Assembly: GCF_006345805.1 (NCBI RefSeq)
Contig: NC_043005.1
Span: forward strand, 27,590,001-27,654,000
Source: Octopus sinensis
Taxonomy: Eukaryota
Length of the DNA stretch: 64,000 bases
Direction: 5' to 3'
Both the position numbers and the translations under genes were made by a program. The notes beneath the pieces were generated by a model, which was not told the origin of the DNA, did no database searches, and saw only the letters and a program-made list of their open reading frames with translations. Positions 1 to 13,103 of the stretch are shown piece by piece; position 1 is the first letter of the stretch; each line of letters opens with the position of its first letter.

Positions 1-619
1 TTCATTATCACACCATATGATAACTCTTGTTATTCTCTTTCACTCCAGATACACTCCTCCCCCCTCTCTTTCTCTCTTTTTTTCTCATCTTCTTCTGGAA
101 TTCTGCTGAGTATATTGTTTTTACCATTTCCCAACATCCAGTCTATTCTTTTTTAAACTCTCAGGATTGGATTTTTTGCCTCTCTCCCCCCATCCCATCA
201 AATTTTTAGGGTTTCCAGCCCCAACTTGCAGATACATTATTTCTATTTGGGTTAAAAGGAATATTTTGCTTTTGTTTGATTGTGTATGTGTGTGTGTGTG
301 TGTGTGCATTCATATATGTCTATGTGCATTTATAAATATATGTGTGTGTGTGACTACATAGACGTGTGAGTATATATGCTTGCATGTGTGTGTCTGTGTT
401 TATGCAAATGTACATACATACCTCTATGTGCGTTTGTGTGTGTGTGTGTAAACAGTCATGGCTGTGTGTTTAAGAAGTTCACTTCCCAACCACATGGTTT
501 TGAGTTCAATCCCACTGCATGGCACCTTGGGCAAGGGTCTTCTACACTAGCTCAAGACACACAAATGCCTTGTGATCAGATTTGACATACAGAAACTAAA
601 ATACAGGTGGATGAGCATG

Positions 620-1130
620 TGTTTGTATGTGTCTCCTTGTTTTCACATCATCATCATCATCACCATCATTTTAAATCCAGGTTTTGTCCCCGTTGCAGGG
701 GTGGCTGTATCTACCTCAATGCCATAGCAACTGCCCTCACACCGTCTCGCCATCTTGCTCGGTTTTGGGTGTCCTCCCTTCTCAAGCCCAACCCTTCCAA
801 TCTCCTCCACCTGTCCCCTCCACATTTTCGTCAGTCTACCTTGCTTCCGCTGTCCATTTACCTCAAACTCTAGCACCCTCCTCAGAACATGCTCTTTGTC
901 CCTCCTCAACACATGCCCATACCACCGCACTCCATTCTCCCTTGCCAGCCATTCCACTAATTCCTCCAACCCCAGCATCCCCATCAAGTCCTCAGTCCTC
1001 CTTTTATCAAACAGCCTCACGCCACACTTTTCTCTCACCATTTCTCTCTCGGTCCTTCTCAAAATTGCCATTTCTCTCTCCCTCAAACACCATGTCTCAC
1101 TCCCATACAGCATTGTAGCTCTCACATGTG
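620..1130 (-). mobile_element. RTE-clade LINE, C-terminal fragment
   Basis: ORF 643-1125 reads MLYGSETW...RWYGHVLRRD...QGR..W, the RTE ORF C-terminus, followed by a (GAT)n tail. Confidence 0.85.
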
Positions 1131-4100
1131 ATATTAGTAAACCTACTTCATGATCAAAGAAGCAGTGTCATTCATTTCCAAACTTCCATGAAAGTGTGTC
1201 CAACCATAAGAAAAATATTACCTTTCTTGAGAGCAGGTGAGAGTTGTTAACAGGTAGAGCTTCCAGCTATAGAGAATCTGCCTTAACAAATCCTGTCTGA
1301 CCCATAAAAACCTAGGAAAGTGGATATTCAAATGATGATGATGATGTCTATGTGTGCACGTGTAATGTATATACCTTTCATCTTTTACTTGATTCCATCA
1401 TTGGACTGCAGCCATACCGCGGCACCATCTTGAAGGGTTTAGTCAAACAAATTGGCCCCAGTATTTATTTTCTAAGCCTGATACTTATTTTACCAGTTTC
1501 TTTTGCCAAAGTGCTAAGTTACAGGGATGTAAAAAAACCAACACTGGTTGTAAACACACACACACACATATATTCAATGGGTTTCTTTCAGTTTCCATCT
1601 TCCAAATCTACTCACATGGCTTTGGTTGGACCAAGGCTATAGTAGAAGACACTTGCCCAAGGTGCTACGCAGTGGGACTGAACCCAGATCCATCTTGTCA
1701 GGAAGCAAGCTTCTTACCACACAGCAATGCTTGCATCTATATATGTGTCTATCTTATTTTTAAATGGCAGATGTTAAAAAGTGGTTCAGGGGCCAAGCGT
1801 TTTGTGTACGGCACCTATCAAACCACTTGTTCTCAAGCAATTTGTAACTTCTGCACCAATTAAAAACAAAAGGTATATATACACTCATGATGATGATCAT
1901 CATCGTTTAACATCTGCTTTCCATGCTAGCATGGGTTGGACAATTTGACTGAGGACTGGCAAACCAGATGGCTGCACCAGGCTCCAATCTGATCTGGCAG
2001 AGTTTCTACAGCTGGATGCCCTTCCTAATGCCAACCATTCCACAAGTGTAGTTGGTGCTTTTACGTGCCACCAGCACAAGGGCCAGTCAGATAGGTGTCC
2101 TCATCTTGTTTGTTGTTGCAGTTGCATCAAACACTGTTTACAAAACTGCTTTGTTGTCTTTAACAGCTTGATAAATGGTGAAATAAATTAATATTCCAAC
2201 CAGGAAACCATGGGTAGCTGCATGAAAATCATGCCACACTGATGTGTGTATGTGTATATATATAAAATATAAATTAGAGGTGTTGAAACCTCTAAGGGAT
2301 AGATATATCCAGAGGCACTCCTGGTGATTACCTCAGTATGTATGGTCCTTGTTATAAGGTATACAGCAGCAGGTAATTTAAAAGGTAAACTGTAGTTTAA
2401 TGTATATAAGAAAATAGAGAAATATATAACAATGAGAAGTGGATCTTTGGTGTTATAAAGCCATTATTTAATTAATCAAGTAATTATTTAATTAATTAAG
2501 TAAAATGCAGCTCAGATAACAGAGTCAACAACTATTGAAAAGGTTGCAAGAACAACGAAAATTTTAGAAAAATAAATAAATGAACAGAAACTTTACCTGT
2601 GAGTGTGTTAAATATCAAGGCACTAAGAGAGAATGACTCTGCCCAGACACAACAAAATATGCTTCAACACATGAACTCACATAATCTTGCAAACTAAATC
2701 CAAAAACGAAATATACATACATACATACATACACACACTTACACACATACAACAAGCTTCTTTCAATTTCCTTCTACAAGATCAAGTCACGAGGCTTTGG
2801 TCAGCCCGGGGACCATGGCTATTGTACAAGGCACTTAACCAAGGTACAACACAGTAACATTGAATCCCCAAACCATGTGGTTGAGAAGCAAACTTCTTAA
2901 CTACACGGTCATGCTTGTACCTATATATTAAAATCGTCAATGAAATTGTGTGGTCATAAGGAAATATTACTTTATTTGGAAACAGGTAAGGGTTTCTGCC
3001 ATGGAAAATCTGCCTCAACAAATTCTCTCTGAGCCATACAAGCATACAAAAGTGGACAATAAACCAATGATGAGGATTGAGGTGTGTTTTATATATTAAT
3101 ACGCACAATGTATGTATAAATAGGAGTTATTTATGCATTTAACTTTAACTAAAGAAGCCCTCAATGCATAGGGTATTTATTTTCACACAAGAGAAAGATT
3201 GAGAATTGTTAAAACAATAGGTGTGTGTGTGTGTGTGTGTTACATTAGTAGTTTGACATCTGGAAGTAGCAATTTCTCACTTAAGCACAACACCACTGAC
3301 TTGTAAATGGTAGGGCTTCTTTGCTAATTGAATTTTAGCCTCACTGCATTACTAAGACTCTCTTCCAAAAGAACCCCAGTGGAATTTGAGCACTTAACAC
3401 ACACAAAAAAAAGGTACCTAAGTAACTTAATACTACAACAAGATGTTTACTCTGGAACTGTCTGAGACTGTCTCTGACACACTGGTTCCACCAACATCTG
3501 GATTTAATCGGTGATATCAGCAGTTGTTGAGGAAATTTTAATTCACTTTTTCTTTTCATTTTTTTTTGTGTTCTTGACACAAAGGTGTCAAGAACAACAT
3601 GTTTGGTGACTTCACTGATTCCAAAGAAATTTGGTTAATCTAAACTGAGAAGATTCTCACACAATTGTGCTGCCTTTAACAATAGACTTTTTACTTTTTA
3701 TTTATGCATGTAGAATTAACCGTTTATGAAGCCAAGAAGAAAACTATTTTGTTTTCCTTTTGTCTTGTTTTGTATCAGTTCATATGTAAAATGTGAATGT
3801 TTTCAGAATCCCTAGGAGGCATTCTTAAGTAGAAGTTGTTAGCTCCAATCAGGGTTTTATAGCATTACGTGAACGAGAGATAATTCTACCCCCAATGCTT
3901 GATAATATGCCAGTCTTTGACTGGTAACAATTAGTATTATTATCTGATATATAATAGAAATACTTCCTTGGTCTACTGGGGAGTTTGAAGGACCACTGGT
4001 GTTTAAGTGTGTGGGAGATTAATCTTCTCTGGATGAGATACTGGCTTATTGCAGCTAATACTTCTCAGATGATTGTGTTTACTGAACTGAACTGTGGTGA

Positions 4101-4519
4101 GGTAGAATAAACCGTTCTGTTCAGGAATGTGACAAAACACCCGCAGTAGATTTGAACATTAAACCTCTGAGTTAGTATACTTATGTGTTATCCATCCAGC
4201 CATCTCATCTCTTTCGATAATCATTTGTTGATAACTGTTCTTCATTGACAGCTAGCTGAACCAAGGGAATGTAGAATAAAGTGTTCTACACAGATATGCA
4301 GCAAAACTTGGAAGAAGCTTTAATACCTCTCAAAGTAATGCTGAATGGTTCCATATTTTCTACAGTCAGACACCCTTCCTAATGCCAACCACTTCACAAT
4401 GTGCTGGGTGCTTTTTTTTTTTTGTAACACCAGCACTCATTAGGCTGTTATGCAACTTGCAAGACTGAGATAATTTTCAACTGAGTGAGGCCACAATAGA
4501 GACAGGCAGCTTTATGCTA

Positions 4520-4953
4520 TGAGTTGAGAAATTATACATTCACATCAATGGAAATTGTAGCTGTGATACCAGTGCCGGTGGCACATAAGAGAACCATCCG
4601 AACGTGGCCATTGCCAGCGCCGCCCCAACTGGATTCCATGCCGGTGGCACGTAAAAAGCACCATCCGATCGTGGCCATTGCCAGCCTCGCCTGGCCTCCG
4701 TGCCGGTGGCATGTAAAAAGCACCATCCAATCGTGGCCGTTTGCCAGCCTCGTCTGGCACCTGTGCCGGTGGCACGTAAAAAGCACCCACTACACTCATG
4801 AAGTGGTTGGCGTTAGGAAGGGCATCCAGCCGTAGAAACATTGCCAGATCAGACTGGGCCTGGTGCAGCCTTCTGGCTTCCCAGACCCCAGTTGAACCAT
4901 CCAACCCATGCCAGCATGGAAAGCGGACACTAAACGATGATGATGATGATGAT
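4520..4953 (+). mobile_element. RTE 3'-UTR/tail copy with about 4 internal ~58-bp units and (GAT)n tail
   Basis: Same sequence as the 3' UTR behind the RT ORFs at 27467-29215 and 48200-48686. Confidence 0.8.
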
Positions 4954-5709
4954 GCACACACACACGTATATGTGTGGGGTGTGGTATATATGTCTGCATG
5001 AATGTCTGTGTATATATATGGTTTATTTGTCAGTTTACATTTTCTGTATTTACAGGTGTGATCTCAAATCATTATTAAGTATTTTTAATTCTGGACATGT
5101 ACAAGTTGGAATCTAGTCTGGGACTATGTACTCAGTCCTGGTGCTAATCCACACATAGCCTCAGACATCAAACCAACCAAAGACATCATGTAGACATGAA
5201 GGTAGAGATGGGTGGAATGTGTCCATAAATCTCTTCTTTGATCTTGTACTCATGCCATGAGATGCTATGAGCCCTCATGATAATCCTGCTGTATGTACCA
5301 TCATGATAATCCTGGTATATGTACAAATCAAAGTAATCTTGAAGCTCCTTCTCCACTGTTTTGGTTTTTGCCCTGTAGACAAGAATGTTCTCACCACATG
5401 CAAGGTAGGGTTTACTGCCATTGATATGTTGACCATTAGACAATATCAGACGTTTTATTTTGGAGGTTTGCACAACCTGGATGAGGACAAGAAAAACCAC
5501 ATTGATGTTATAAACAACTACACATGAAGTTGAGGGCCCACCAAAGCTTACAAGGGGTAGAGACTAATGACATGGTATGATGGGATAGATCTTGGTTGCA
5601 GCCTCTCAACATAGTAAAAATGGTGTTATTAGTTGCAACAGCATCAGGTGTAAGTATTCTAAGTTTATAATGCACAGGTGAAATTAATAGTTCGGAAAAT
5701 TATAATCTG

Positions 5710-6096
5710 ACTAGCAGTATCGCCCGGCGTTGCTCGGGTTTGTAAGGGAAATAACTATAAAGCATTTTTAGAGAGTTATAGCTAAAAAATAGCAAAAAAA
5801 TGGGAAAAAAATGATGGTAAATTTTTTTTTGATAGTTAAAAAGGTCGAGTTGCGTCCCCTAGACCATCTGTGGTTTGTGTTTCTGATTGTCAACCCCATG
5901 TCGAATTTATCGATCTTTTTCAGAACTGGGGGAACTTTTCAAAATTTTCGCTGCGTTAGTTTTGAATTATGACATTGGGCTATGTGTGTGTCAAGTTTCA
6001 TCAGAATCGGTTGAAAGCCGTGGTCAGGGTGAGGGTACAACCAAACAGACACACAGAAACACACACAGACAAACTGCCGTTTATATATAGAGAGAT
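5710..6096 (+). mobile_element. Non-autonomous Helitron-like (Lep1/HINE-type) element
   Basis: Starts ACTAGCAGTATCGCCCGGCGTTGCTCGGG and ends ACAGAC-type repeats then TTTATATATAGAGAGAT. These termini are typical of Lep1-like rolling-circle elements (recognised by pattern only). Confidence 0.6.
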
Positions 6097-6605
6097 TAAC
6101 AAACAACTAATCTTAGCCATTGAAGAGGTCTTTGTTGCAGCAGCAACAGACTGGAGCTTTTTAGATTTTTACATTTTCAAACTTAAGAATGTTGTGCTAT
6201 GCAAATGATTTGATACATGGTTCAAATTGTATGAGAAGTTCTTGATTGAAAACATTTTCAGATATAGAAGAAGAAAATAAAACTGATTAAAATTCATGAT
6301 GTTGAATTCTTCAACTTTAGTCTAAAATCAGCATCTTCATCTTCATTCTCTTTCAGATATTTTTTTTTCTTTACTTTTCTAACAGAATTCACAAATATAT
6401 TTGTACTAAATGCTATCTCAAGGAATCAATTTCTCTTCTGATAAAGAATTAAATCCTAATTAATTTACTGAACTATGAAGAAGCGTCACCGTTTCTTAAT
6501 TCTTTAGATCCTCTATTTTTACTAAAATTATATAGTTTTTGTTATTATTGTTCTTATTCTTTCTGCAGCTATAAATAAGATCAATGAGTTTAGTGTGTGT
6601 GTGTT

Positions 6606-6636
<31 letters not shown>

Positions 6637-6646
6637 GTGTTTGTGT

Positions 6647-6697
<51 letters not shown>

Positions 6698-8131
6698 GAA
6701 ATTCTATAAATGTCTTTAACAATACAGGAAAGTAAATCAAATCCAGTATCAACTTGAAGAATGGTAAAGTTTTTAATGCCATGCTTTGATCTGTAAGCAT
6801 TTTCTTGGCTCTTTAACAATTTTTCTTTTCTTTTTTCCTTTTTTTTTTTGCTTTTTCCAGCTAAAGTTAAAATTTCTTGTTTGTCGTTTTGTTTCCTGTT
6901 GTTGTTCTTTTTTTTTTTTTTGCTAAATTGATTTTTCTCCTTCAAATCCTACTTTTCCGTTTATTTGCTGTCATGATTTGTGACAAAATACTGTTATTTG
7001 TTAAATGAACTGGATGCCCTCAAATCCAATTGTCTTTTATCTTTGTTATATATACAACACACACTCAAGCACATATGTATATACATATGTATGTACATAC
7101 ACACACACACGTTTGTATTTAAATTTATTAGAAATTTTAAAAGGCAAAACAATCAAAAACATTACGGATTTTAGCTTTGTTTAAATCTGGGTGGGAGGGG
7201 AGCTTTAGCAATTTTTTACTGATTCATCTTGGATTTTTGCTATGAAATCATTTCACTCACTACACTAATTTCTATTAGCTTCAGAGAGAAAGAGAGTGAG
7301 AGAGAGAGGGAGAGAGAGACAGAGAGATAGCAAGATTGCATGTGTGTAGATGAGGTACTTCATTGTTAAGGGATTGGATAACTAAACATAAAGGTCTTCA
7401 GCCTCATATCCAGTGATGGTTATTTGCTTAGAGTGACATTATTTATCTCCTGCCTGATATTCTCTTAGCATGGCCTCAGCCTATTGGCTACAACAAGTAA
7501 AGAAAGTATACTACTGTGCATCTAACTCGGCCATAGGCGACCTTCTTCGAGGGGTGGGCCAAATGAGACATCGCTCATCATAAGGTGAGCTTTACTACTA
7601 AAAAATTTCAAGGTAATTTTTTTGTGGGTGTGCCATTCAAAATTTGCCATGTCTGATCTAACTGCAGGAAATAGATTATAGATTTTCAATGACTTATTCT
7701 TATTTCATACAAATAAGCAGTACTGATTCTCACCTGCTGTTCATTACATTTATTAATAGCAATTTTCTGGACATGAATATGTTTCATTGTCCTCTTTTCA
7801 GCTACTCCCACCCACCCATATATAATTTGGGGTAGCCATGTATTTCCTCTACAGCACCTGACTTAAAGCCACCTCCCTCTTTGTTAGAAGGCTTTTCTAT
7901 GTTTTTGTTTTTTCCGGAAAAACAGAAAAGCCATTGGAAAACTGATTATAGCAGTGACTCCATCAATTCCTAGGGATGTCTGAAGAAGGAATTTTATTCC
8001 GAAATATCATATTAGACTATGGATGATTAAATTATAACGGTTATTATAATGTATTGTTGTGCCATTCAGAACATTTTATTCTTTACAAACAATACACAAT
8101 GCTTCAAGTGAACTACAATACTCTATTATTA

Positions 8132-8205
<74 letters not shown>

Positions 8206-8220
8206 TGAAATTCCCCCAAG

Positions 8221-8262
8221 ACACCTGATGAAGGCTGGAGAGTATATCAGCCAAGACGTGTT
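8221..8262 (+). ncRNA. Decayed hammerhead motif in a 5'-truncated SINE tail
   Basis: ACAC-CTGATGA-A-GGCTG-loop-CAGCC-AAGAC-GT-GTT. The GAAA core is mutated. Same sequence as 40485-40527. Confidence 0.5.
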
Positions 8263-8749
8263 AACAACAAACAAGATAACAAATATCCATCAAATGTAAA
8301 CAATGTACATAATTCCTCATCTCTCAAATATAGAACTTACTCGTCGAAGTATTCCTTGCTCGAGAGTTTTTTAATCCTTTCAACTCCACACCACTTGAAT
8401 GCAGTGGTGTTGGTACCTTACTCTTCTTTGAGATGCTGCAGACATTCCAGAGGAATCTGAAGTGGATTTTGTTCTTTTTCTTTTTAGATATTTTGATCAT
8501 AGCACATCCCAGTCTCACCACTGTACAGAAATACGGTTAGAACAACTGTCTGTTACAGATATTGATGTCTTCAGGCTATGGGAGACTCCTTGCAATTTGT
8601 TCTCACCACTACATTATACAACATGCATTGAGCTTGTTTGCTTTGTTCTCTTGTACTACAAATTAAAAACAAGCAGTATATATATATATATGTATTTATT
8701 TATTTATTTATTCCAGGGATCTGAATGTTTTAAATGAGAATTATTCAAA

Positions 8750-8835
8750 ATGGTTGAAATATTCAAGAACTTGGTGGGTACTCTAATCCGAGGACCGTAT
8801 CATGTACAGATTGTGAACACTTCAGATTACAATAA
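8750..8835 (+). CDS. PLA2G6: PLA2G6 coding exon 1 (MVEIFKNLVGTLIRGPYHVQIVNTSDYN)
   Basis: Acceptor ttccag at 8716. ATG in caaaATGG context with in-frame TGA upstream (8735). Donor gtataa at 8836, phase 2. Resembles the PLA2G6 N-terminus (NPFRVKEV..ADY). Confidence 0.75.
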
Positions 8836-8994
8836 GTATAATCTATATTTCCATCTTCAGTATTTTTCATAAATGTTTGTAAAAAAAAAAGTGGATATGT
8901 TTCTGCATGTTTGTCTTCTGCTTCCCTCATTTTTTTTTTTTCATTTTATTATTATTTCATATATGCACAACAGATTAGACTCTTATTACAGAAA

Positions 8995-9400
8995 AATTTC
9001 TAACCTCAGTCTACAACAAGTAACCTTAGATGCCAAGAACCCTCTCAAGTATCCTAGCTGTCTCTAATAACACTGTTTTCTGGAGCTGCACCAAACTGGG
9101 TTTTATGCCTATTTCCTCTATCCATCAGATCAAATCTTTAGGGATAGTTCCCAATGCACCCATAACTACAGGGATACGTTTTAACCACATATCTTCCATA
9201 GTCTCTGTAACTCAATAATGAAATCCTGGTACTTTGCTATTTTCTCTATACCTCTCATACTTACTTTCTCATCATTTTGGGACTGTAAAATCAATTATCT
9301 GGCACTTTCTATTCTCTTTGTCTACTACTTCCAATCAGACCTTCTAGCTTCTATTACTCTGTCCGTCTAAATGTTAAGATCCCACAACATCTTATAGTTC
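8995..9400 (-). mobile_element. R4/Dong-like (RLE) non-LTR retrotransposon relic, C-terminus
   Basis: Minus-strand translation with stops: LWDLNI*TDRVIEARR...EKIAKYQD...VVMGALGTIPK...LQKTVLLETARILERVLGI*. Confidence 0.7.
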
Positions 9401-9997
9401 TTACTTTCATCATCATCATCATCATTATTGAGTGAGAGAGCAGTGTATCAAAGTGGCCCTCAGGTACAAATATACGAAACCTAATATACCCACCGTGACT
9501 ACCCGTCTGATAAGAGTACACCAGGCACATACATTATGACCATATGTTCAAGACATGGTGATCTTATAAACTACACATCACCTTGCATGTTGGACCCAGT
9601 TAGAATTTTCTTCAGGTTGAGTAGTCCATCCTTCTCAAAAGGTCCCTGAATAAGGGCTGTTTAACGATGTTGAACAAAGCGCCAATGTTTCCAGAGGTGA
9701 ATTATTCAAACCCCAAAGAATCCCTCTCAACACATGGCTATGATGCTCCCCCACTACTTCTGCTTATGATCAGAGATGCATGTATTGTCAGCCACTAAGG
9801 GACATACTCAACTGGTTACAGTCAAGCAACTGACAAGCAAATCTGTGGTATTGAGCAGAATATTTACCTTAGCACATCTTTTTATAGCAAGACAAAACAT
9901 ATACATGATAACTCTTCCAATCAGTTAAGATCAGAAGCCATGAGAACCAGTGCCAGGTACTGCATCAGGGCATTTTTTTTTTTTTGTTATTATTAAG

Positions 9998-10700
9998 GCA
10001 GCGAGCTGGCAGAAACATTAGCATGCCGGGCAAAATGCTTAGCGGTATTCCGTCTACTGTTACGTTCTGAATTCAAATTCCACCAAGGTCGACTTTGCCT
10101 TTCATTCTTTCAGAGTTGATAAATTAAGTACCAGTTACAGCCTGGAGTCAATGTAATCGACTTAATCCCTTTGTCTGTCCTTGTTTGATCCCTCTATGTT
10201 TGGTCCCTTTTGGGCAATAACGAAATAAGAAACTTTAGTGTGCTGGACAAAGTGCATAGTGGTATTTCACCTATTGCTACATTCTAAGTTCAAATTCCAC
10301 CGAGGTGGACTTTACCTTTCATCCTTTCAGGATCAATAAATTAAGTAACAGTTGAGCATTGGAGTCAATGTAATTGACTACCCCCTCCCCCAAATTTCAG
10401 GTCTTATGCTTATTATAGAAAAGATTGTTGTTGTTGTTGTTTCTGCTGCTGTTGTTGTTTTTGTTGTTGTTGTTGTTGTTATTAAGGCGACGAGCTGGCA
10501 GAATCGTTAGCATGCTGGCTGAAATGCTTTGCAGTATTTCACCCCATCGCTCTGTTCTGAGTTCAAATTCCACTGAAGTCAACTTTGCCTTTTGTCCTTT
10601 CAGGGTCAATAATATAAGTACCAATTGCATAATAGGGTCACTGTAATCGACTCATCCCTTCTCCCGAAATTGCTACCCTTGTGGCAAAATTTGAAACCAT
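9998..10700 (+). mobile_element. Cluster of three tRNA-derived SINE copies
   Basis: Head GGCGGCGAGCTGGCAGAA...GAGTTCAAATTCC (A/B boxes) and core GCCTTTCATCCTTT..GGTCGATAAATTAAGTACC, repeated at 9998, about 10237 and 10486. Confidence 0.85.
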
Positions 10701-10744
10701 TATCATTATTATTATTCCTTCGTAACACAGTGTAGGTAAAAATG

Positions 10745-11030
10745 CACCGGAGTCTTTAGCCATCTATCAAGTCACAACAAGGGCCTCAGACAGATGATAC
10801 TTTCCTTAAGATGTGTGCTGTGCCCAATAAGGCTGCTTTTTGCAAGACATCAATCTTGCATGGGATTTCCAGTTGCCTTAAGAAGTCTTGAAGCTTCAAT
10901 GAGATTGAGCCCAACATTCAGATCACCACTGGTATCACCTTTACATTACCCTCTCGCATTCCATACAGTCTTGCCATTTCCGGAGTACTTGGTGATTTTT
11001 TCAACCTCTTTACTCACAACATACATGTCA
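10745..11030 (-). mobile_element. R4/Dong-like retrotransposon 3' fragment
   Basis: Minus-strand frame LQDFLRQLEIPCKIDVLQKAALLGTAHILRKVSSV*. Confidence 0.75.
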
Positions 11031-11077
11031 TTTGATATGGCTACATCAATATTATTATTATTATGTTACTATTGTGA

Positions 11078-11360
11078 AGGCTCATGGCTCAGTGATTAGA
11101 GCATTGAGCTTATGATTGTGAGGTTGTGAGTTCGATTCCCGGACCAGACTGCATGTTGTGTTCTTGAGCAAGACACTTTATTTCATGTTGCTCCAGTTCA
11201 CTCAGCTGTAGAAATGAGCTGTGACATCACTGGTGCCAAGCAGTATCGGCCTTCTTTGCCTTTCCCTTGGGTAACATTGGTGGCATGGAGAGCGGAGGCT
11301 GGTATGCATGGGCGTAACTTTCTAGGTGCAATCTCATGGTCATTCATGACCGAAGGGGGT
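11078..11360 (+). mobile_element. tRNA-derived SINE (second family)
   Basis: TGGCTCAGTGATTAGAGC A box, GAGTTCGATTCCC B box, then CTTGAGCAAGACACTT and CACTCAGCTGTAGAAATGAG blocks. Confidence 0.75.
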
Positions 11361-13007
11361 CACACACATGTTACTATTTTTCCACTGTAAAAGCAACTTA
11401 TATATAATGCTGATGTTGTTTGGATGTTTTTGAAAACAATTCAGATTCTTAAAACTAATTTGTCTTCTGAGACATGGTTCTCTTGGCTGGATGCTCTTCC
11501 TGTCACCAACTATTTCATAGCATGGACTGCTGGCACTGTATTGTGCCACTGTGCCACCAACCCGAGAAAAAGTTGTCAGGATTTTATCCAGAGTTACTAG
11601 TCTGCTCGATGGGCTGCCTTTTCCATAACCCATGTCTTCCCCACTCCATGCAGAGTTGCTGGCTTCTTAGTTAGGCCACCTGCACTGTGGCTGAGAAACC
11701 AAGTTTTCCCCCAGTTGCTGTGAAGGGTACTCTTAGTGTGGATGTTGGAAATATGGAGTCGTTAGAGTAGATTGAGATGTTTGTTTCATCATCGTCGTCA
11801 TTACATCATTGTCATTACCCCAACCATCATCACCACCACCACCACCTTCATCATTGTCATCACCACCACTACCATCATCATCATCACCATCATTACCATC
11901 ACCATCATTACCACCACCACCACCATTATCATTGCCACCACCACACACCACCATCATCATCATCATCAAGCATTATCTAGTCTCAGCCGATTGCCACTTT
12001 CGTCTTTCATGCAACAACCATGTACATTCTCTGTATTTTAAGTCTGTCCAATTTTCAGTATTACCCATCCATGTAATTCTTGATTCCCCCACCCTAACCC
12101 CGTCACCCTTTTTTTCTTTCCCATTCATTTTGTTACCTATTATTAATTCCCTATCAGGCATTTATTTCTAATTAAGCATCCAAAATATTTTTGTTTTCTT
12201 TTGTTGTTGACTAACAAAACTTTCTTAGTTTCTCCCATTCTTGGTACTTAGTCGTGCATGAGACACGACAGACAAGGAGTTTGTGTACAGACTCTTTATA
12301 AACACTAATTTAATTGGATGAAACAAACAGGGACACTTCAGTGAGGGGTTAACCTGGTCATCCAGATGATGACAGATATGTGCTTGAATACCTGCAGGGG
12401 ATTCTGTGCACATTTTTTTCTCTCTCAGATTTATCCACGTAACCTGTCTATTTTAAGCTTTATTTATAGGAAAATCAATCACTTAGTTTTAGATTCATTT
12501 CTACTGTGTGGCACTTTGGGTGAGCTGGCAGAAATGTTAGCATGCCAGACGAAATGCTTAGCGGCAGTGGAGTTCAAATTCAGATGGCTGCACTAATATA
12601 TATATATATATCTATATTAGTGCAGCCATCTGGCTCGCCTGTCCTCAGTTAAACGATGGTGATGAGGATATATATATAGAGAGAGAGAGAAAGAAATGTA
12701 TACAGTAATCCCTTGACTATTGTAGGTATTATATTCTCAAACCCCCGTGATAGGTGAAAGTCTGCAAAGTAGAACCATTGTATATTTTTTTTAAATTATT
12801 TTTATAATTTCTATATATTTATTTTATTATAAATGCAAAACAACACCATGGATGAATCAACGTAAGCTTAAATAATAAACTGCAATAGGTGAATTGCGAT
12901 AGGAGAACCACGAAATGGTGAAGGATTACTTTATACAAATATATATAGATATATGCATGTAGCACTGTTTTATGTTTGTATATATATATATATATTTCCA
13001 TTTTCAG

Positions 13008-13103
13008 TCAAGTTTTGAGTGATCCCCCACTCTACCTCTACAAAGAAAGATCTACATTCCATGCTATTTTGAAATTACCAAAGTCTAGCTCAAAAGTTTT
13101 CAG
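13008..13103 (+). CDS. PLA2G6: PLA2G6 coding exon 2 (QVLSDPPLYLYKERSTFHAILKLPKSSSKVF)
   Basis: ttttcag acceptor, ag/gtaact donor, 96 nt, phase 2-2. Joins exons 1 and 3 in frame. Confidence 0.8.

Noticed and set aside
3339-3413. AG...GT-bounded open segment (LTALLRLSSKRTPVEFEHLTHTKK)
   Set aside because: The PLA2G6 start has an in-frame upstream stop, so it is not needed as coding. There is no evidence for use as a UTR exon.
5186-5530. Minus-strand 104-aa ORF faintly like a degenerate RT segment
   Set aside because: No YADD or other diagnostic motif is preserved, so it cannot be supported.
8341-8470. Possible minus-strand exon ending in a GTAAGT donor at 8340 (frames TNTTAFKWCGVERIKKLSSKEYFDE or KVPTPLHSSGVELKG)
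   Set aside because: No partner exons or recognisable protein found, and the donor abuts a SINE tail, so it may be coincidental.
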